From: Hormoscilla sp.
GTDB taxonomy: Bacteria; Cyanobacteriota; Cyanobacteriia; Cyanobacteriales; Desertifilaceae
NCBI GenBank assembly: GCA_051439505.1
Contig: JBFRWI010000035.1
Location: 1 to 21,380, forward strand
DNA: 21,380 bases
Reading direction: 5' to 3'
Shown here one piece after another: positions 15,961-21,380 of the stretch. The notes under the pieces are model-generated. The model made no database searches. It saw only the letters and a program-made list of their open reading frames with translations, and was not told the DNA's origin. The position numbers and the translations under genes were made by a program. Numbering within the stretch: position 1 is the first letter of the stretch; each line of letters starts with the position of its first letter.

Positions 15961-17763
15961 ATGCATTTAATTGATTACACTATTGTCGGAGTTTACTTGT
16001 TGGCGATCGTCCTGTTTGGCATATATCTCCAGCGGAAAGCCTCCGCAGGGATAGACTCTTACTTTCTGGGCGATCGGAATATGCCTTGGTGGGTATTGGG
16101 GGCCTCCGGGATGGTATCCAATACAGATATTGCGGGGACAATGTTGATCACGGCCTTAGTCTACGCCTTGGGAACGAAGGGATTTTTTCTGGAACTCCGG
16201 GGTAGCATTGCCTTAATTCTAGCAATGTTCATGATTTTTATGGGCAAGTGGAACCGCCGGGCCCAAGTCATGACCTTAGCGGAATGGATGCATTTGCGTT
16301 TTGGGGTGGGACGGGAAGGAAATCTCGCCCGGATAGTGAGTGCCGTTGCTGCTATTATCTTGACCATTGGCAGGATCGGTTACTTTGCCATCGGTGGAGG
16401 CAAATTCTTAGGAGAATTTATTACTGTCGATGCCCGCCTGGCCTCGATTTTAATTATCTTCCTGGCCTCGATATACACGGTCCTTAGCGGTTTCTATGGG
16501 GTGGTATTAACCGACCTGTTTCAGGGAGTATTGATTTTTGTGGCCATTATCTATATCTGCGCGATCGCCCTACAACTCCCCCCTCTCCCGGAGACCTTTG
16601 CCATCTCCATTCCGGGAACCGATCGCTTGTACGAGTGGAATTTTAGCGAGTGGAGTAGTATATTTCCCTCCATGGAAGTAGACTTGCCGGGAGACTATGG
16701 CCGTTTCAACTTGTTCGGGGCGATCCTTTGCTTCTATCTGCTGAAAGTATTGATGGAAGGGTTTGGGGGTATCGGTGGCTATATGATGCAGCGCTATTTT
16801 GCCGCCAAAAGCGATCGGGAAGTGGGGTTGATGTCCCTGTGGTGGATATTCTTGCTTTCCTTTCGCTGGCCCTTGGTAACCGCCTTTGCGATCCTGGGCA
16901 TCAATTACGGCATTACGAACCAAATTACGAACCAAGCAATTCCCGACCCGGAACTGGTCTTGCCCACAGTTATCGCTACCTACCTACCGGTGGGAATCAA
17001 AGGATTGGTATTAGCTTGTTTTATCGCCGCCGGGATGTCTACTTTTGACTCCTTAATTAATGGCGGCGCTGCTTACTGGGTGAAGGATATTTATCAAGCT
17101 TATCTCCATCCGCAAGCTGACAACCGCAAACTGCTGGCTCAAAGTCGCTGGGCATCGGTTATCATCGTACTGGTGGGATTGCTATTTAGCTTCAGTATCT
17201 CCAATATCAATGAAATTTGGGGATGGTTGACCCTGGGACTTGGCGCTGGTATGGCGGTTCCTCTCCTGTTAAGATGGTATTGGTGGCGGTTTAATGGCTA
17301 TGGATTTGCCACGGGCATCGCCGCTGGCATGGTGGCCGCAATTATTACTAAGGCGATCGTCTTACCTTCCTTCCCGAATCTGCAATTTATCGAATTTATC
17401 CAATTTCTAATTCCTAGCAGTTTTTCCTTGGCCGGATGCATCGCTGGCACCCTGTTAACCCCAGCAACGGAACGGTCAGTCCTGGAGAACTTCTATCAAG
17501 TTACCCGCCCCTTCGGTTTCTGGAAGCCGATCGCCCGAAATCTGCCCAGCAATCTCAGGGTCGAAATCACAAAAGAGAACCGGCGGGACTTGCTGGCCAC
17601 CGCGATCGCGATTCCCTGGCAAATAGTTTTGTGTCTCACGGGAATCATGTTGATGATGAAACGTTGGGACAATTTTCAAATACTCTCCCTGCTGCTGCTT
17701 GTACTCTCTATCTGTTTGTACTTCGCCTGGTACAGACATCTCAAAAAGTTGAGCAATTGTTAA
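15961..17763 (+). CDS. Sodium:solute symporter (SSS) family protein, paralog 1
   Basis: 600 aa polytopic; YFLGDR..PWW, SGFYGVVLTD.FQ, QRYFAAK, AAGMSTFDS, WWRFN. Confidence 0.95.
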   Translation: MHLIDYTIVGVYLLAIVLFGIYLQRKASAGIDSYFLGDRNMPWWVLGASGMVSNTDIAGTMLITALVYALGTKGFFLELRGSIALILAMFMIFMGKWNRRAQVMTLAEWMHLRFGVGREGNLARIVSAVAAIILTIGRIGYFAIGGGKFLGEFITVDARLASILIIFLASIYTVLSGFYGVVLTDLFQGVLIFVAIIYICAIALQLPPLPETFAISIPGTDRLYEWNFSEWSSIFPSMEVDLPGDYGRFNLFGAILCFYLLKVLMEGFGGIGGYMMQRYFAAKSDREVGLMSLWWIFLLSFRWPLVTAFAILGINYGITNQITNQAIPDPELVLPTVIATYLPVGIKGLVLACFIAAGMSTFDSLINGGAAYWVKDIYQAYLHPQADNRKLLAQSRWASVIIVLVGLLFSFSISNINEIWGWLTLGLGAGMAVPLLLRWYWWRFNGYGFATGIAAGMVAAIITKAIVLPSFPNLQFIEFIQFLIPSSFSLAGCIAGTLLTPATERSVLENFYQVTRPFGFWKPIARNLPSNLRVEITKENRRDLLATAIAIPWQIVLCLTGIMLMMKRWDNFQILSLLLLVLSICLYFAWYRHLKKLSNC

Positions 17764-17826
17764 TTGATACCATTTATTAAAAAGATTGCTACACTTATGC
17801 GGATGTAATTCTCTCACTTCGCTGTC

Positions 17827-17891
17827 AGCCCGCCGGGGGTTCAAACCCCCGGCTAATAGCTAAAGTCGGTTTTAATTTTAACCGACTAATA
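17827..17891 (+). repeat. Double-hairpin repeat family B
   Basis: Matches 12564-12622 apart from a longer loop in the second hairpin. Confidence 0.9.
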
Positions 17892-17974
17892 GGATAATCG
17901 GACGAATAATTGTAGCAGGTTTTTGACAAAATGGGATTATAATTGAGAAGAATTTGTCAGAAAATAGAGAGTTT

Positions 17975-19783
17975 ATGGATTTAATTGATTACATTATTGT
18001 CGGCGTATACCTGTTGGCGATCGTCCTGTTGGGCATATTTCTCCAGCGGAAAGCATCATCAGGGATAGACTCTTACTTTTTGGGCGATCGCAAAATCCCT
18101 TGGTGGGTATTGGGGGCATCGGGGATGGCGTCCAATACGGACATTGCTGGGACAATGGTATTAACAGCATTAATCTACGCCTTGGGAACGAAGGGATTTT
18201 TTATCGAGATCCGGGGTGGCATTGTCTTAATAATGGCAATGTTCATGATTTTTATGGGCAAGTGGAACCGCCGGGCCCAAGTCATGACCTTAGCGGAATG
18301 GATGCAGTTACGTTTTGGTGGCGGACGGGAAGGAAAGATCGCCCGGATAGTGAGTGCCGTTTCTACTATTATATTTACCATTGGTGCGATCAGTTACTTT
18401 GCCGTCGGCGGGGGCAAATTCTTGGGACCATTGATCGGCTTCGATGACCGCTTGGCCTCGACTTTACTCATTATCCTCGCATTGATATACACCGCCCTTA
18501 GCGGTTTCTATGGGGTGGTAATCACAGATGTTTTTCAGGGCGTATTGATTTTTGTCGCCGTTATTTATGTATGCGCGATCGCCCTACAAACACCACCTCT
18601 GCCGGAGACATTTGCCATCTCCATTCCGGGAACCGATCGCTTGCAAGAGTGGAATTTTAGCGACTGGAGTAGTATCTTGCCCCCCATGCAGGTAGACTTG
18701 CCAGGAGACTATGCCAGTTTCAACTTGTTCGGGGGTATCCTTTGCTTCTATCTCTTGAAAGTCTTGATGGAAGGGTTTGGTGGTGTCGGCGGCTATATGA
18801 TGCAGCGCTATTTTGCCGCCAAAAGCGATCGGGAAGCGGGGTTGCTGTCCCTGTGGTGGATATTCTTACTTTCCTTTCGCTGGCCCTTGGTAACGGCCTT
18901 TGCGATCCTGGGCATCAATTACGGCCTTACCAACCAAGTAATTTCCGACCCGGAACTGGTCTTGCCAACAGTTATCGCTACCTACGTACCGGTGGGAATC
19001 AAAGGATTGCTAGTAGCTTGTTTTCTCGCCGCCGCCATGTCTACTTTTGACTCGATCATTAACTCTGCTGCTGCTTACTGGGTGAAGGATATTTATCAAG
19101 CTTATCTCAATCCGCAAGCTAATAACCGACAACTGATAAATCAAAGTCGCTGGGCATCTGTTATTATAGTAGTGGTGGGCTTGCTGTTTAGTTTCAATAT
19201 CTCCAATATCAATGAAATTTGGGGATGGTTGACCCTGGGGCTGGGCACGGGTCTGGCGGTTCCCCTGGTGTTAAGATGGTATTGGTGGCGGTTTAATGGC
19301 TATGGATTTGCCACAGGCATCGCCGCTGGCATGGTGGCCGCTATTCTCGCTAAGGCGATCGTCCTACCTTTTTTGCCGGATCCGCAACTTCAGGAATATC
19401 TCCTATTTCTAATTCCTAGCAGTTGTTCCTTGGCCGGATGCATCGCTGGCACCCTGTTAACCCCAGCAACGGAACGGTCAGTCCTGGAAAATTTCTTTTC
19501 TGTTACCCGCCCCTTCGGTTTCTGGAGGCCGATCGCCGGTAATTTGCCCCGCAATCTCAGGGCCAAAATTACATTAGAGAACCGGCGGGACTTACTGGCC
19601 ACCGCGATCGCCATTCCTTGGCAACTGGTTTTGTTTCTCACCGGAATCATGTTGATGATGAAACGTTGGGATAATTTCCAAATACTGTTGCTGCTGCTGA
19701 TTTTACTTTCTATCGGTTTGTACTTCACCTGGTACAGACATCTAGAAAAAAAAGTTACTCCCGGCAACCCGCGTCATAGCTAA
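17975..19783 (+). CDS. Sodium:solute symporter (SSS) family protein, paralog 2
   Basis: Colinear and highly similar to paralog 1; ATG 17975 (MDLIDY) preferred over TTG 17954 by alignment with MHLIDY. Confidence 0.95.
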   Translation: MDLIDYIIVGVYLLAIVLLGIFLQRKASSGIDSYFLGDRKIPWWVLGASGMASNTDIAGTMVLTALIYALGTKGFFIEIRGGIVLIMAMFMIFMGKWNRRAQVMTLAEWMQLRFGGGREGKIARIVSAVSTIIFTIGAISYFAVGGGKFLGPLIGFDDRLASTLLIILALIYTALSGFYGVVITDVFQGVLIFVAVIYVCAIALQTPPLPETFAISIPGTDRLQEWNFSDWSSILPPMQVDLPGDYASFNLFGGILCFYLLKVLMEGFGGVGGYMMQRYFAAKSDREAGLLSLWWIFLLSFRWPLVTAFAILGINYGLTNQVISDPELVLPTVIATYVPVGIKGLLVACFLAAAMSTFDSIINSAAAYWVKDIYQAYLNPQANNRQLINQSRWASVIIVVVGLLFSFNISNINEIWGWLTLGLGTGLAVPLVLRWYWWRFNGYGFATGIAAGMVAAILAKAIVLPFLPDPQLQEYLLFLIPSSCSLAGCIAGTLLTPATERSVLENFFSVTRPFGFWRPIAGNLPRNLRAKITLENRRDLLATAIAIPWQLVLFLTGIMLMMKRWDNFQILLLLLILLSIGLYFTWYRHLEKKVTPGNPRHS

Positions 19784-19790
19784 GCCCCTG

Positions 19791-19855
19791 AGAAACCGGG
19801 TTTCTGCGACAATGTTAGCATCCCAACCGATATCTTGCAAAGAAACCCGGTTTCT
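19791..19855. repeat. Palindromic repeat pair AGAAACCGGGTTTCT ... AGAAACCCGGTTTCT
   Basis: 15-bp arms at 19791-19805 and 19841-19855 are reverse complements. Confidence 0.8.
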
Positions 19856-19883
19856 GGCCCCAACGACAAGCCCCCCCGATCGC

Positions 19884-20096
19884 CAATACTTCTCGGTTAA
19901 GAATATAGATTGTCATTGCGAGGGGGGGGGGAACAACCGCGATCAACAAGCGCCGAAATTGAGTTAACCCCCCCGAAGCAATCTGCAGCGTCGTCGGGGA
20001 GATTGCTTCGGGGGGGGATCTTGCGCGGGTATCGGAACAATGTCGGATGGTGCGCCCCCTCGCAATGACAAATAAGACGTTAACCGAGAAGTATTG
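19884..20096. mobile_element. MITE, 213 bp
   Basis: 17-bp perfect TIR CAATACTTCTCGGTTAA (19884-19900) / TTAACCGAGAAGTATTG (20080-20096); 10-bp TSD CCCCGATCGC at 19874-19883 and 20097-20106. Confidence 0.9.
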
Positions 20097-20208
20097 CCCC
20101 GATCGCGGGTGCGATCGGGCTTAAGGATAAAGATTATGGTCGGGGTCTAACCAGACGATGTAAAAAACATTTTATTTTTAAAATCCATGCACCCTACCAA
20201 CGGTTTTT

Positions 20209-20706
20209 TTACTTTTCTTCGACGGCACAGCTTTTGTAAAACTCTTTCATTGATGATTGAGAAATGATAGCATGAGATGGTTCATCTTTAGGCAAGCCTT
20301 CCCTGGCTTTCATCCAAGGATCTTCCCGACAAACCATCAGTTCTAGTTCTAAACCCGTGCAAAGAAAATATTCTACCGTTATATCCTTCAAAAACTCCTC
20401 TAATTCTGGCGAAAACTGTGGTTGTTTCACCTCCTTGATAATGGGTTTCCATTGAAATTTTTTGTACTCCTCAAATAAGGTCGGGATAACAGGACCATGT
20501 ACCCAAGCTTCAAAATCATCTTCAAACAGGAGACTGTCCTCGATCGCCAGATGCCAAGCTTGGGCATAATAGACTAGCTTCTGTAGCTTCAGGTTACTGA
20601 TAAATGAGCCAGAGTCGTTTGCCACCCAGATGAAGTAGTCGGCTATTTCATCAAGAGTTGTTATTGTTTTCCTGTCCTTTCTGGACAATGTTGCTCGATC
20701 GCTCAT
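20209..20706 (-). CDS. Panacea-domain (SocA/DUF4065) antitoxin-like protein
   Basis: IADYFI, ISNLKLQKLVYYAQ, FEAWVHGPV, PW; ATG at 20706 preferred over the longer ORF call at 20757. Confidence 0.88.
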   Translation of the reverse strand: MSDRATLSRKDRKTITTLDEIADYFIWVANDSGSFISNLKLQKLVYYAQAWHLAIEDSLLFEDDFEAWVHGPVIPTLFEEYKKFQWKPIIKEVKQPQFSPELEEFLKDITVEYFLCTGLELELMVCREDPWMKAREGLPKDEPSHAIISQSSMKEFYKSCAVEEK

Positions 20707-20792
20707 AGATGTAGACCATCCTAGTTGGGCATTTTTATTATAGCACGGGAGCGCCAAAACAAAACATCAACATCTGACATCTTCGAGTTGCG

Positions 20793-20855
20793 CCGGGGCA
20801 CAAAGCAGTTAGATCTTACATCTGAACCGATAATCTGTTGATGCCGTGCCCCTAC
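20793..20855. repeat. REP-like element family A, copy 2
   Basis: CCGGGGCAC...ACCGATAATCTG-N3-ATGCCGTGCCCCTAC. Confidence 0.75.
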
Positions 20856-21005
20856 CATTGTGATGGCGATCGCGCCCCGGAACGTAAATCGCGCCGACTG
20901 TCAAGTAAGATGCGTCTGCTATAAACTGGTAGAAATTCCAATGAAAAAGTTGCCAGATGAGATAATTATATGTTAAAATAAAAGAGTTGTAATTGCAGTC
21001 AGTAT

Positions 21006-21380
21006 ATGAAGACGGATAAACTATTTTATGAAGTTTTTCAGGAGTTTCCGGACATCTTTTTTAGACTGATCGGAAAAAGCCAGGTAAATGCTCGGGCCTA
21101 TGAATTTAAGGCGATCGAGCTAAAGGAGACGGCTTTAAGGTTGGATGGAGTCATGCTGCGGGTAGCGAAAGATCTCAAAGAACCGATTTATTTCATTGAA
21201 GTGCAAAGCTACAAAAATGACGACATCTACCTGAATCTTTTGATGAAGGTAGCCATATACCTAAAACAAAATGATTCGGCACAGAATTGGTTTGGGGTAG
21301 TGATATATGAACGGCGCAGTTTAGAACCAGAGGACTCCGAATCATATGAATGGTTGTTAAATACCGGTAAAATCCTGCGG
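21006..21380 (+). CDS. DUF2887 / Rpn-like PD-(D/E)xK nuclease-family protein, runs off the window end
   Basis: MKTDKLFYEVFQEFPDIFF...YEFKAIELKETALRLDGV...IYFIEVQ; open to the last base; absent from the ORF track. Confidence 0.88.
   Translation, partial: MKTDKLFYEVFQEFPDIFFRLIGKSQVNARAYEFKAIELKETALRLDGVMLRVAKDLKEPIYFIEVQSYKNDDIYLNLLMKVAIYLKQNDSAQNWFGVVIYERRSLEPEDSESYEWLLNTGKILR

Noticed and set aside
10408..19767. Many antisense and off-frame ORFs over glyS, the reductase, murD and the SSS genes
   Set aside because: Shadow ORFs of well-supported genes; their recurrence in both SSS copies reflects the duplication

Overview
A cyanobacterial chromosomal segment (frequent HIP1 GCGATCGC sites and typical cyanobacterial palindromic repeats). 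Ordinary genes: serpin, VanZ-like protein, alpha/beta hydrolase, glyS, Tat-signal aldo/keto reductase, murD, two tandem sodium:solute symporter paralogs, a Panacea/SocA-type antitoxin and a partial DUF2887/Rpn-like gene. The most interesting part is 5.7-9.0 kb. It holds three head-to-tail, independently promoted, non-coding transcription units (about 290, 290 and 200 nt). Their fold is conserved by compensatory changes: a 5' pseudoknot, a long-range helix around a domain deleted in copy 3, and a 3' hairpin. Between copies 2 and 3 is a decayed VapBC-like toxin-antitoxin pair. Its antitoxin is split by a tnpA-less element encoding a TnpB with the rearranged, Fanzor-like RuvC site. Also present: an IS982 element that truncates a SepJ-like DMT permease and has no target duplication, a 213-bp MITE with 17-bp TIRs and a 10-bp TSD, a second decayed TA pair and a gluconolactonase remnant. 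All family calls come from reading motifs by eye, not from database searches.
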